Source: Promethearchaeota archaeon (GTDB lineage: Archaea > Asgardarchaeota > Lokiarchaeia > Sigyniarchaeales > SOKP01). Taken from it: a stretch of DNA of 34,221 nucleotides. The stretch lies in the NCBI GenBank assembly GCA_016840085.1, contig JAEOTA010000011.1:1-34221 (forward strand), written 5' to 3'. Shown piece after piece: positions 1-10,453 of this stretch (position 1 is its first letter; the number at the start of each line of letters is the position of its first letter). Under the pieces are notes generated by a model that was given only the letters and a program-made list of their open reading frames with translations, was not told the DNA's origin and searched no databases. The position numbers and the translations under genes are program-made.

Positions 1-188
1 CTCAAATGCTCCATAAAACTTCATATAAATTACTGATTTGACTTAAGAAAATAAGAAAATAATGTCGGATTAAAATTTAAAGGTGATTGAAGATTTAAAA
101 AAAGAAGGTAAATTAAAAATTATCTTTTGGCTTAAGAATTAAAAACTATACTTAATGCTTAAATTAATGTAAATATAATCTTTCATTA

Positions 189-758
189 ATGAGTAGTAAA
201 GAAGATTATTCTATTTATTATGATTTATCAGATTACTTATTTCATAATGTTCATAAAAAGTATCAAGAAAATGGATATTTGGAAGGTTTTGATTTCTATT
301 TAATCCTAATTTGGAAAGCTAATAGAGCTAAATTTAGAAATGCAAAAAAAGTATTCAATAAGTCTAAGAATAAAACTTTTGATGAAGGTGTAGAAATACT
401 AACAAAACAAATTTTCAATGCTAGATCAGATTTTGAAAGAGTACAGATCTTATTTAATTGGAAATTCAGAGTTGCGACAGCTTCTGCGATATCATCAGTT
501 TTATATCCTAATAAATATACTATATATGATTATCGTGTTCTAGAAAGCGAAGACCTTTTAGAATTTAAAAATCTTGATAATAAATTAAACGTTGAGGAAA
601 AAGTAAATGGTTATTTGGAATTTGTGGAAAGCTTTAAAAATTTAAGAATAAAATTAGGATTTAAAAGCTTAAGAGAACTAGATAAATATTTGTGGGGGCA
701 ATCTTTATTTAATCAAGTTAAAAAAGAAATTAAAAAATTAGACGAACTAAGTAGATAA
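189..758 (+). CDS. Hypothetical protein, probable HhH DNA-glycosylase-superfamily fold
   Basis: 189 aa ORF. LIWK motif, a degenerate HhH-like segment (LFNWKFRVATASAISSVLYP) followed by YDYRV, and C-terminal LRELDKYLW match the layout of HhH-glycosylase-like proteins. Ends 22 bp before the Nmad2 gene. Confidence 0.5.
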   Translation: MSSKEDYSIYYDLSDYLFHNVHKKYQENGYLEGFDFYLILIWKANRAKFRNAKKVFNKSKNKTFDEGVEILTKQIFNARSDFERVQILFNWKFRVATASAISSVLYPNKYTIYDYRVLESEDLLEFKNLDNKLNVEEKVNGYLEFVESFKNLRIKLGFKSLRELDKYLWGQSLFNQVKKEIKKLDELSR

Positions 759-780
759 TTAAAAAATTAAGGAAGTTATT

Positions 781-1482
781 ATGAAAGATGATGATAAACC
801 AACATTATTTTCATATTGTATACCTATTGATGATGGTGCTGCTCCTAATCCGTATTGGGGAATTTGTACTTTAACAATTTGTAAACCAGTTATAAGAAGA
901 GTTGCTAAAGTTGTAGATTGGGTTGTTGGAATTGGTTCGAAAAATTCACCAATAGGGGATATTTCACATAAAGTAGTCTATGTTATGAAAGTAACAAAAA
1001 AGCTGACCCTGCAAGAATATGATGACTTATGTAGGGAAAAATACCCAAATAAAATACCTGATTGGAATAGTGAAGATTTCCGTCGTAGAGTAGGTGATTG
1101 TATTTATGATTTCTCAGAGGAATCAAATCCTAAATTAAGAAAGAGTGTACACATTGAAAAGAATAAAGAAAAGGACTTAAGTGGTAAAAATGCTTTAATT
1201 TCTGACCACTTCTATTATTTTGGTGATAAACCTATTTCTTTACCAGATAATCTAAAATTTATAACAAAAGAGGGTCAAGGTTATAAATCAAAGTCAAATA
1301 TACCTTACATTAACGATTTTATAAAATGGATTGAGAATCTCGGTTATGAAATTAATAGTGTTAATGGAGAACCTCAATTAAAAGAAGAAATAATGAAAAT
1401 TAAAGATGTTTGTTCAATTTGTTCAAATGTAAGATATGATGAAGCTGTAAAAGACGAAGAGATTGGCTTAGGAAAATGTTAA
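781..1482 (+). CDS. Nucleotide modification associated domain 2 (Nmad2) protein
   Basis: N-terminus LFSYCIPIDDGAAPNPYWGICTLTICKPVIRR..DWVVG, plus GDCIY and LISDHFYYFG, is the characteristic Nmad2 pattern. Confidence 0.85.
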   Translation: MKDDDKPTLFSYCIPIDDGAAPNPYWGICTLTICKPVIRRVAKVVDWVVGIGSKNSPIGDISHKVVYVMKVTKKLTLQEYDDLCREKYPNKIPDWNSEDFRRRVGDCIYDFSEESNPKLRKSVHIEKNKEKDLSGKNALISDHFYYFGDKPISLPDNLKFITKEGQGYKSKSNIPYINDFIKWIENLGYEINSVNGEPQLKEEIMKIKDVCSICSNVRYDEAVKDEEIGLGKC

Positions 1483-1547
1483 TGTAGTCATAAAATCCTA
1501 AAATATTATTTTCTATAAATTCTCTCCATATATCTCCTAGTATTATG

Positions 1548-1623
1548 AATTTTTGTGAAGCGGTTATATCGCACTAAAAAAGTATAAAGTTTATACTTTC
1601 ATGAACCGAGTTTTCACGAAATT
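1548..1623. repeat. Nested inverted repeat carrying the dispersed GTGAA-CGGTT / AACCG-TTTCACGAA motif
   Basis: Perfect inner IR AAAGTATAAA (1579-1588) / TTTATACTTT (1590-1599). Imperfect outer arms AATTTTTGTGAAGCGGTT (1548-1565) and AACCGAGTTTTCACGAAATT (1604-1623). Lies between convergent genes. Confidence 0.7.
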
Positions 1624-1714
1624 AGAGTCTGATTTCAATGAAAATTCTATTGAAAAGACGAAATAAATTCAGAAATTTATACCAGTAAAAAATCCCTTTC
1701 TTTCAGATTGTCTA

Positions 1715-3271
1715 TCAGTTGATTTGTCGTTCACAAGCAAAAACATCTAAATCATCCGGGATATCTATAAAATCTAATTTAACAATTGATAAAATGTTTT
1801 CAGAAGAAATTTCGCAGTTAACAATCCTAACACCTCTTTCAAAAGTAGTAGAAATTCTATGTGGGGGAAATGTTTTAATAATGTAATGAGAGTTATCCTG
1901 TGTTGTAGATATCCACCAATAAGGATCTGGATAAGCGTTTACAATCCCAGATTCAGTAGCACTTTCCATTCTTCTAGAAAAGGTTTGAGGCAATATAAGC
2001 TTAAGATCTTGAAAGAAAATTAGTTTAGAATCGTCTTCATCATCATTGATCATTTCTGATTGAAATTCAACCTCTTCTATATTTCTCGTACCAAATCTAT
2101 CTTTTAAGTGGAGATTATTTGGATTATGAACCTTAACATTATAAGTAAATTTATCTAAAATGGTTGTCTGTGTCATTTGTTCCATATTGTCTCTGAGATT
2201 ATTTATCCTATTTTCGAATTTCCAATCTATTTCATCATTCAAGAACTGGTTTAGCTCAAAATCCATTATGATCTTAATAGTAGACATTAAAATATTTACA
2301 TCTTCAACTAATCCGGGTGATCCTAGATAAGTTTCTATACTATGTCCAATTTCATTTCTTCGTGAATATATTCGCCTAAAATTATTTAATAAAGCTTGAA
2401 CATCTTCATTTTCTCGTAAATCTGCTGTTAACCGAATATTATAATAACTCTTAAATCGTTGTTTAATGGTTCTCATTATTTTTCTATCTGAAGGAAATGT
2501 AGAATCTTTAAAAGAATTCAACTGATTAAGTTTTTCACCGTCATAATCATGGTTTCTAATAAATTGTGCAAAATGTGTCCTTAGATCCTCATGTATACTA
2601 TCCTGCTCATTTGGGCTAGCAACTGCAGCACCCCATAATTGAGAAAATCCATTAGCCTCAGCCCAATTATGTATTATTCCCTCAAATGTTGCGAAACTAA
2701 AGAAATAATCTATTACACCGGAATTACCTATTTTACTAGTAGCATAATTATACATAATTGCTCTTAACTTATCTGTGGGATTGTATTGGAGTAATTTGGT
2801 GAGAAGCGGAAGAACTAAATCATATTGATTATATCTTACTTGAAAATTACTTCCACTATCGCAATTTATTTCAATTATTCTCTGAAAAGAAAGTTTAGAA
2901 TCCTTATTTTCTTCGCTATAGCTCTCAACATGGAAAAAAACTCTAGCTTTTAAATTAAGGTTGACAAGAAAACGCAAAAGATATAAAAAATCCATTATCC
3001 ACCTACATAAACTACGATATAATTCAACATTCTCTTCAAAAGTCTCCTTCGGTATGATTCCAACGCCTAGCCATAGGGAATGGGTGTCTGTACCAAACCC
3101 ATTATGAAGTTGAGTAACTGGTTCGGGTTCTATATTCTGAATATATATTATGTCACCCTTATACCAAGACCTTCCCTTAATGAATAGATCTTGTGGAATC
3201 TCATAAAGAGCATTAATTCCATAATAGTTACTTTTATCAATTAGATGTATCAAGAAAAAAGATTCTGTCAT
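1715..3271 (-). CDS. HEPN-domain protein (ApeA-like), putative RNase effector with C-terminal extension
   Basis: 518 aa. FFSFATFEGI helix with conserved Glu and RxxxxH motif RNEIGH (nt 2342-2359). Confidence 0.6.
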   Translation of the reverse strand: MTESFFLIHLIDKSNYYGINALYEIPQDLFIKGRSWYKGDIIYIQNIEPEPVTQLHNGFGTDTHSLWLGVGIIPKETFEENVELYRSLCRWIMDFLYLLRFLVNLNLKARVFFHVESYSEENKDSKLSFQRIIEINCDSGSNFQVRYNQYDLVLPLLTKLLQYNPTDKLRAIMYNYATSKIGNSGVIDYFFSFATFEGIIHNWAEANGFSQLWGAAVASPNEQDSIHEDLRTHFAQFIRNHDYDGEKLNQLNSFKDSTFPSDRKIMRTIKQRFKSYYNIRLTADLRENEDVQALLNNFRRIYSRRNEIGHSIETYLGSPGLVEDVNILMSTIKIIMDFELNQFLNDEIDWKFENRINNLRDNMEQMTQTTILDKFTYNVKVHNPNNLHLKDRFGTRNIEEVEFQSEMINDDEDDSKLIFFQDLKLILPQTFSRRMESATESGIVNAYPDPYWWISTTQDNSHYIIKTFPPHRISTTFERGVRIVNCEISSENILSIVKLDFIDIPDDLDVFACERQIN

Positions 3272-3354
3272 AGGTTATAGATTTCCTTTTTTAGTTAAAT
3301 ATGTTATGAGGGGTCTCGATTCTATCCTTTAAAACCATATAAGACTTCCATTTT

Positions 3355-4101
3355 TTATTTTTTCAATAATCTTTCAATAAACTCTTCGCTCCACATATTC
3401 ATACGACTAACTCGGTATCGTTTTCCTTCTAAAACTCCTCGAGTAAAATCCCGCAATTGATTTGCGCCATCGGAATTCCAGCCATTTTGAAGAGCCCAGA
3501 TTCTCATATTTTCAGGATTTAATTGTATTCTATTTCGATGTAATATTCTTAAAAGTTGAATAGCACTTTCTCTATCAGATGAATGGGTTAAACCTGTAGA
3601 TAAATTGATTGTGTTTGTTAATGCGACCAAAGCCCTTTCTAATCTAGGATCAAGCTCTAATAACTCTACATGTTCTTGAGCATCTCCAATTATTTCTGGA
3701 TTCCATGTTTTTATCCATACATCTCTTTCCTTATCTATCCAAGGAACAACAACAATCGCTTTTGCTCTATTTAAATCATTAAGATTATCCATCATTCTTG
3801 AAGTGGGATATAATGATAATACGATATCCTCTACCCAATTAATTATTTCAAGACGCTCAGTTTTTAAAGTAAATGTAATGTTATTCCAAGTACCATAATT
3901 ATCTTTATTTAGCTTTCTAATTGTAGTTTGATCTAATAAATTACTTAGTTGCTCTAAATGTTCCTTTGTAGGAAGATGAAGTATTACAGCATTATGCGAA
4001 AGAGAAACACATAATTCAAGAATTTTTTTAAAACCATTAACGAGAGCATTCCTATCTGAACTTGCTGAATTAGTTATATATCTTTCTGGCATTAAAATCA
4101 A
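3355..4101 (-). CDS. Hypothetical protein with C-terminal DUF1889/YoaC-like domain
   Basis: 248 aa. C-terminal LERALVALTNTINLSTGLTHSSDRESA...WALQNGWNSDGANQL resembles DUF1889. Confidence 0.5.
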   Translation of the reverse strand: MILMPERYITNSASSDRNALVNGFKKILELCVSLSHNAVILHLPTKEHLEQLSNLLDQTTIRKLNKDNYGTWNNITFTLKTERLEIINWVEDIVLSLYPTSRMMDNLNDLNRAKAIVVVPWIDKERDVWIKTWNPEIIGDAQEHVELLELDPRLERALVALTNTINLSTGLTHSSDRESAIQLLRILHRNRIQLNPENMRIWALQNGWNSDGANQLRDFTRGVLEGKRYRVSRMNMWSEEFIERLLKK

Positions 4102-4596
4102 TTTCCTTAATAATTAATATTAATACTTTTGTCTAATCTTAAAATAAGAACAATAGAAATATATTTTTTTCCCTATTCTCTCCTAATATAATTATTCAAA
4201 ATTAAAAGAAATAAATATTAAAAAACTATTTGGTGCGGTTAATGTTCTTTAAATATTCATATCAAAGATATTATCACAATAAATATGAGAAGAAATTACA
4301 ATAGTCACAATAAAGTATTTTAATGTTTGTTTAAAACATAGCAATCTACTCTCCTTAGAAGTTGAAGGCTGTAAAATTTAATATTAAAATAATCTTGATC
4401 AGGATAAATTATTATATATAACTTATCAAAATAATTTAAAATAGTTTATAATAAAATAACTTAATTTACATCCATAAATTATATTGAAATGATTATCAAA
4501 AGAGGTTTCATGCTTATTTTGTGCATTGATTCAAAATTGCTCCGATTATGATAAAAATTGAAGAAGCTTTTTATATTTCTCAATAATGTTCTGTGT

Positions 4597-7560
4597 CTAA
4601 TGCTCACATTTTTTTATTAATTTGTATAAGATAGTTATTCTATGTACAATATTTGAGTCATTTGGTCCATACATCTTTAATATATTTAATGAATTTCGAT
4701 AATAATTTTTCGCTTTCTTCTTTTTTCCTTTTAAAAAGTAAAAATCCCCTAAAAGTTTATAATTTGAAGCGACTCCTAAATGATTGTTATTCTTAATGTT
4801 AATATTAAGACTTTCATTTATATTTTCATAAGCTTTAGTGAATTCTTGTCTTTTTAAATAAATACTCCCCAAAGTATTTAAAGAAGTTTCTAAATTATTT
4901 ATAATATTTAATTCTCTATAAAATTTTACAGCTTTCTCAAGATATATAATTGCCCTATTATCTTTATTTACCCTTAAGCTTAAATATCCCAAATTATTAT
5001 AAACATCCGCTTTAATGTCATTTTTAATCTCTTTATTAAATTTTAAAATTTTTTTGAAATATAATAAAGCTAAATTCAATTTTTCTAATTTGAAAAAAAT
5101 TTTAGCTTTCTCTATAAAGATTTTACCAATATCATTAATATTTTGTGACTTACACAAAAGTTCAATTAGAATGTTATAATTATTTAAAGTTTTTTTAAAA
5201 TTTTCTTGTATTATTGAAATCTTAATCATTATTTTAAGAGACTCTATCTGATCCTCTATGTTATTTAATTTTTGATATACATTAAAAGCACTGTTAAAGT
5301 AAGAATAAGAGGTCTGATATTTCTTTGTATCAAAGAAAATAATTCCTAAATTTTTATTTATAGAAGCTATTGCGTATACTAATTCATTTTTTTGAGCTAT
5401 TTCTAATGCTTTCATTAAAGAGCTTATTGCATCATCAAATTTTATCCATCTTGCTAATATAACTCCAATTTGGTGCAGGCAATTTGTTTCAATCTCTTTA
5501 TATCCTCTTTTTTGGGCAATTTTTAAAGAAGCCTCATAATACTTAACAGCAGTTTGATAATCCTTTTTTAGGTCATATATCTGCCCTTTTTTGCTTAAAC
5601 AAGATGAAATTTCTCTAGCATTATTAGAATCCTTCAATATTTGAAATGTTTTTTCAATTATTTTTAATGCTGTATCAAATTCTTCATTTTGTGCATAAAC
5701 AAGGGCAATATTTGTCAAATTAGATACATTTTCGGTGCGTTCTAACTTTTCAGAAATTTTCAAAGATTGCTTGAAATAATTCATTGCCTTATCCTTATTT
5801 CCTTCTCTGACAAAAAGACTTCCAAGATTATTATATCCATTAGCAATACTCGGAAAATCATTAATCTTTTTTGCACTCTTAAGATTATTTTTCCAAATTA
5901 ATTTTGCTAACTTTAAGTTACCTTGATCATAATAAATTTTTCCAATTTTGTTTTTGCTAGCTATTTCTCCTTTAATGTCAAATATAATTTTAAATATATC
6001 TTTAGCTTTGTTGTAATACTCTATAGCTTTTCCAATATCACCTTTCTGATGAAAAATGCTTCCCATATTATCGATGATAGAAGCCATTCCTATCATATTA
6101 CCTATATCTTCCGTCAAAAGCAAGGATTCCTCGTAAAGTTTAAAAGCTTCCTCTAAGTAACCTTGACTATTATAAGCTCCTGCTAAATTATTCAAAACAA
6201 TTGATTTTAATAATTTACTATTTACAATTGAATTTATAAATTTGAGGGACTTTTTATAAAAATAGATAGACTTTTTATAATTTCCTTTAACATAATAGAT
6301 CCAACCAAAGCTATTATAAACATTAATTATTCCTTCTAAATATTTTAATTTTATATAAATTTTTACCGCTTTTTTATAATTAATCATAGATTCGATAAAA
6401 TTATACAGACTCATATAAGACTTTCCGATATTATTATAAGCTTCTGCTTTATAGAATTTTTCATCATTTTCTATTGATTTTTCAAGCATCCTTTCTGAAC
6501 ATCTTAAAGATTCATTAAATCTATTGAATCTATAATAGATCTTATTTGTAAAGCCACATTTCAATATTGTATTAGGTGTACTTATTTTTTCATTTAACCA
6601 TTGTGTTGGTGTAATTGAAAACGGTTCACTTTTTAATTTATACTTAAAATCAAAAAATTTTTTGATTAAAATTGAGGTATTAATATTTATTTTATATATA
6701 TTAGTTAATGGACTAGCTTTTTTGATGTTTACTAAAATTATATCAATAGCGTCTAATCTGTTCGATAATTCAACATCTGTCTGCTCTATTTTGTAAATTT
6801 GTTCAACTCCGTACTCTTTATCTGTATGATTTATCCAATAAATATTTTCTAATTTCTTTAGTGTCTTAATAGTAGGAATAATATCAAAATCATCTCCTCC
6901 TGAATATCCAATTACTACAAGGGAACGATGTTCGGTAATTTTCTCTAACAAAGGTTTTTTATAATACTCAACAGAAAGAATGTTAGTTCCCTTTTTATTA
7001 GAGCCTAATGCTTGTAAAGTAGAGATTAATGAAGCTTTAACATTTTGCGAAGTTATGATGTTTTTAACTGATCCATGGATTTTATAGACAGGATATTTTG
7101 ATTCTTCATTTAATTTGTATGGATTACTAAATTTTTCAAAATCTTCTTCAGTAATAACTGGAATAACAGATTCTTTTGGAATTTTCAATTTTAGTAAAGC
7201 ATATTCAATTAATGAATCAAAATTTGTTGTGATCACAAAATTCCCCTTTTTAATCATCTGAGCTAGGAAAATGTGTTGCAAATTAGGTTCATTACATTCC
7301 CCATAATAATCTAAAATCTTGAGATTTGGATCTAAAAGATCTCGATATAGTTCAACTAATTCTTCAAATCTAAGTCCATTAATATTTAAAATTTTTTGAA
7401 TTTCAGATTTTAAACATGAAAATTCAATAATTGCTTTCATCATATCATTAGCAGTTCCTAGATTTGAAGGTGATTCGACAGAACATCCTGCTCCTACGAG
7501 AAAAGTCAACTTTTTAGATCTTTTTAATAAATCAAGAAAATTAAATCGCAATATTTTCAT
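4597..7560 (-). CDS. SIR2-like (SIR2_2) domain + tetratricopeptide repeat protein
   Basis: LVGAGCS, ITTNFD, YKIHGS and VIGYSGGDDFDI are SIR2-like motifs, followed by about 600 aa of TPRs (e.g. AEAYNNIG, VLNNLAGAYNSQG, GYNNLGSLF). ATG at 7560 has an AGGAGAG RBS and is preferred over the GTG at 7605. Confidence 0.9.
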   Translation of the reverse strand: MKILRFNFLDLLKRSKKLTFLVGAGCSVESPSNLGTANDMMKAIIEFSCLKSEIQKILNINGLRFEELVELYRDLLDPNLKILDYYGECNEPNLQHIFLAQMIKKGNFVITTNFDSLIEYALLKLKIPKESVIPVITEEDFEKFSNPYKLNEESKYPVYKIHGSVKNIITSQNVKASLISTLQALGSNKKGTNILSVEYYKKPLLEKITEHRSLVVIGYSGGDDFDIIPTIKTLKKLENIYWINHTDKEYGVEQIYKIEQTDVELSNRLDAIDIILVNIKKASPLTNIYKININTSILIKKFFDFKYKLKSEPFSITPTQWLNEKISTPNTILKCGFTNKIYYRFNRFNESLRCSERMLEKSIENDEKFYKAEAYNNIGKSYMSLYNFIESMINYKKAVKIYIKLKYLEGIINVYNSFGWIYYVKGNYKKSIYFYKKSLKFINSIVNSKLLKSIVLNNLAGAYNSQGYLEEAFKLYEESLLLTEDIGNMIGMASIIDNMGSIFHQKGDIGKAIEYYNKAKDIFKIIFDIKGEIASKNKIGKIYYDQGNLKLAKLIWKNNLKSAKKINDFPSIANGYNNLGSLFVREGNKDKAMNYFKQSLKISEKLERTENVSNLTNIALVYAQNEEFDTALKIIEKTFQILKDSNNAREISSCLSKKGQIYDLKKDYQTAVKYYEASLKIAQKRGYKEIETNCLHQIGVILARWIKFDDAISSLMKALEIAQKNELVYAIASINKNLGIIFFDTKKYQTSYSYFNSAFNVYQKLNNIEDQIESLKIMIKISIIQENFKKTLNNYNILIELLCKSQNINDIGKIFIEKAKIFFKLEKLNLALLYFKKILKFNKEIKNDIKADVYNNLGYLSLRVNKDNRAIIYLEKAVKFYRELNIINNLETSLNTLGSIYLKRQEFTKAYENINESLNINIKNNNHLGVASNYKLLGDFYFLKGKKKKAKNYYRNSLNILKMYGPNDSNIVHRITILYKLIKKCEH

Positions 7561-7610
7561 ACAATTTTCTCTCCTTCGAATTTTTATAAACCTTTTAGTG
7601 CTCACTTTAG

Positions 7611-9350
7611 TTATAATTCATTCAATTCAGATAATAAATTCTCTGCCTTCTTAATCCATTTTTTTAAATGTCGTTGTTCTGCTATCTGCTTGCCTATTTT
7701 AATGTTTTTTATGGCTTTTTCGATTTCTCCTTTTTCCTTGTAACAAATTCCTAATCTTATATGAGTCATATGATTAAAATATACAAAAGTATTAGCATCA
7801 ATTTCCTCTTCTAATCTTTTTAATATACTTTCATAAATATTTATTGCTTCCTGGAATTTACCTTCTATCTGAAAAATTTCTGCTTTAGTATCGGTATAAT
7901 CTAATATTTCTAATTCCCCTTGTGTAATTTTAATTACCTCATCAATAATGCGATGTGCATTTTCGAAATCTCCTTTCTTAGCAAGAATCAGACTCTTAAT
8001 GTTGAATGGAGTAAGGGATGCTTCAGATAACTCATTAATGCCGTATTCATCTAATAATTCAAGTGCCTCGTCCAGTCGTTCTAACTCATAGTAAAAGACC
8101 ATTTTATAATATACAGCTTGGCGGAAAAAATCATATTTCATTGTAAATTTGGTGTGTTTGAGTAATTCTTCAACTTCGGTTAAAGCATCAGATGTCTTTC
8201 CTTCAGAATCTAGAAGATTTACTTTGTGGAGTGTTTTAGCAATTTCTTGGTGTTCAATTACATTAACACTGATATATTCCTTAATAATCCAATATATCGC
8301 ATCTAATAGTAGAAAGACCTTTATTGAATTTTCCTTCGTGTATAGTTCTTTAATATACTTACCGTGTCCAACAGCGTGTCTGTTTGGAAAATCTACATTC
8401 ACTTTTTGAAACCAATCCTTAAAAGTTTCTAGCATAGGTCCATCAATGAGAAATGCAAAGGTAAAATAAAGGACACTTTGGAACTCGAAAGTTGACAAAC
8501 TAATATTCTCTAAAACTTTCTTAACATCCTTGGTTTTGGATTCTTGACGAAATCTCATTTCAGTAGTAACCGAATACCCAAAATCAGTTATTATCCCCTC
8601 AAAATGAGGAATTAGAGTGCTGATTGTAGTTATATATCGTTGGTTTCTATGACAAAAGAATGCTTCTTCAATGATTTCCTTCCTATCATTAAACTCCTTG
8701 AGTTCCCACCAATTTTCCATTAAACCCATTAAAAATTCTTCAGAACAATGTGTCATAATTATTTCTCTTGCTTCAGTAATATTATCCTCTTTTAAAGCTC
8801 TAATTATTTTATTTAATGGTGTTGGAATTAAAGCTGGAATGATCCATAATCCATTTTTCATTAGGAGATCATTATGATGTGTAATAAATTTAGTGATAGT
8901 TTCTCTTATCTGCTTTTTCAACAACTTAATTAATCCTTCCTTAGCTATTTTTGAATATTTTTCTTTTTCTGAATCTTTTATAGGATTATTTGGTGTGAAG
9001 TCAAACATATAATCATATGACGCACCTTCTGAATAACTACCATTGAATTGTAAGTATATAAACGCTAATCTTTCACCATTTTCACTCGGCAATTCTACAT
9101 CAGCAATATCTTCATATTCCTCTGGAAAAATAGGATCTCCTTTATTCTTTCCCTCTTTAAGGTTTAATTTCATCATTGCGGCAAATCCAAATTCATTATT
9201 AAACTTAACAATTGGATTTGAATTTTTAGGGAAGGTAATGAGACATTTTGTGAACCTAAAATCCTTTTCAATCAACCCACCCGCCTTTCTCTTGTCTAAT
9301 TCGGGTTTAATCCAGTTATTATGTATTTGATCATAATTTAAGCCCATCAT
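7611..9350 (-). CDS. HEPN-like domain + C-terminal TPR protein
   Basis: 579 aa. IEEAFFCH..LIPHFEGII and PNRHAVGHG (RxxxxH, nt 8364-8381) mark the HEPN-like region. C-terminal ~200 aa are TPR-like (DTKAEIFQIEGKFQEAINIYE, HIRLGICYKEKGEIEKAI). Confidence 0.7.
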   Translation of the reverse strand: MMGLNYDQIHNNWIKPELDKRKAGGLIEKDFRFTKCLITFPKNSNPIVKFNNEFGFAAMMKLNLKEGKNKGDPIFPEEYEDIADVELPSENGERLAFIYLQFNGSYSEGASYDYMFDFTPNNPIKDSEKEKYSKIAKEGLIKLLKKQIRETITKFITHHNDLLMKNGLWIIPALIPTPLNKIIRALKEDNITEAREIIMTHCSEEFLMGLMENWWELKEFNDRKEIIEEAFFCHRNQRYITTISTLIPHFEGIITDFGYSVTTEMRFRQESKTKDVKKVLENISLSTFEFQSVLYFTFAFLIDGPMLETFKDWFQKVNVDFPNRHAVGHGKYIKELYTKENSIKVFLLLDAIYWIIKEYISVNVIEHQEIAKTLHKVNLLDSEGKTSDALTEVEELLKHTKFTMKYDFFRQAVYYKMVFYYELERLDEALELLDEYGINELSEASLTPFNIKSLILAKKGDFENAHRIIDEVIKITQGELEILDYTDTKAEIFQIEGKFQEAINIYESILKRLEEEIDANTFVYFNHMTHIRLGICYKEKGEIEKAIKNIKIGKQIAEQRHLKKWIKKAENLLSELNEL

Positions 9351-9367
9351 ATAACATCATTTACCTT

Positions 9368-10399
9368 TTAACTTATATCCTCCTCCTTTCGAGTTGGAAT
9401 AAAATCAACATTTTCTAAATCGTTAATCCAACTGTCAAGCATTTCTATGAGAGGTTTTTGACCATCCTCCCTCATATTCAAAGGGACGGCATATGTAAAT
9501 GCAAATCGATAAGATTGAACCACTTGTATTAATGAAAAGAAATATTTAACTAAATCTTTAATTGGTAATTCCTTCTTATCAGTTTCTAAAGAGGGAAAGA
9601 TGATTTTCCGTTCATCTGGGTTGACTTGATATTCAATTATAAAATTAGGGTGAAATATAGCATTTCGATATTTCCTAAAGGTATGACCATCATTGAGTTC
9701 ATTTAAAAGGTTAAAAAAAGTTTTTCTATTTACACTTTGATTTGTATATGATATATCATTGAGGAGGTAATGTAGTTTTAGCTCCACTCTTAGAATGTCA
9801 ACCAGATATCCCTCTATTAAATAGCCAAATTTTAGTAGCCAGTCGAAAACATACCGCATATAATCCTCTTCATCGCATTCATCTAGTCTTTTTATGAATA
9901 AGGTTTCTACCTTATTGGAATAATCAATAAGCGTGGAATTCAGAGTAAGTTCAAGCAATTCTGGCAAAAAATCTTGATAAAATAAGACAGATTCAGTTAG
10001 TTTCTCAATTGGGTATTTTAGTTTAAAGGAGTGTTTATAATTAAGATAAATTTCTTTGACTTTCAATGGTTCTTTCTTTAATGCTTCAATTACACAGTCC
10101 TTCACTTCAAGGTATAACTCTTTATTTACTATATCTGTTTGGATGAGACTCTCCTCAAAATTCAATATTCCGTGTTTAAAGGCTTCAAGTGAGGTGATTA
10201 ATCCTTCTTTACTCTGAAATATCACGGAAATTTCATTAAAAAAGTTAAGTAATGCTTCGATCACACTTTTATTTTCGAAATCTTCCTCAATTTGCTCAAA
10301 ATCTATATTTGAAAAAATCTCATCAAGTTTCTTTTTTAAATCCGTTGGGAATTTTCTCTCCATCTTAAATATCGCTCCTTTTTGTCTTTTTTTCTTCAA
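9368..10399 (-). CDS. Hypothetical helical protein with putative HEPN RxxxxH motif
   Basis: 343 aa (true start may be a downstream Met, MERKF). GYLIEGY helix and YRNAIFH (nt 9650-9667). Confidence 0.5.
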   Translation of the reverse strand: MKKKRQKGAIFKMERKFPTDLKKKLDEIFSNIDFEQIEEDFENKSVIEALLNFFNEISVIFQSKEGLITSLEAFKHGILNFEESLIQTDIVNKELYLEVKDCVIEALKKEPLKVKEIYLNYKHSFKLKYPIEKLTESVLFYQDFLPELLELTLNSTLIDYSNKVETLFIKRLDECDEEDYMRYVFDWLLKFGYLIEGYLVDILRVELKLHYLLNDISYTNQSVNRKTFFNLLNELNDGHTFRKYRNAIFHPNFIIEYQVNPDERKIIFPSLETDKKELPIKDLVKYFFSLIQVVQSYRFAFTYAVPLNMREDGQKPLIEMLDSWINDLENVDFIPTRKEEDIS

Positions 10400-10453
10400 T
10401 AAATAATATTTCCTACGATTTATTTTTTTACATTATTGATGAAAAAAAAATTG

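Noticed and set aside
1-188. Possible 3' end of an upstream gene
   Set aside because: Only short frames broken by stops, so no product can be supported.
4274-4314. TCACAATAAA direct repeat (two copies)
   Set aside because: Short and AT-rich, plausible by chance.
5923-9330. Plus-strand ORFs 5923..6156, 8149..8409, 8671..8877 and 9043..9330
   Set aside because: Antisense shadows inside well-supported minus-strand genes, with Ser/Ile/Phe-rich composition and no motifs.
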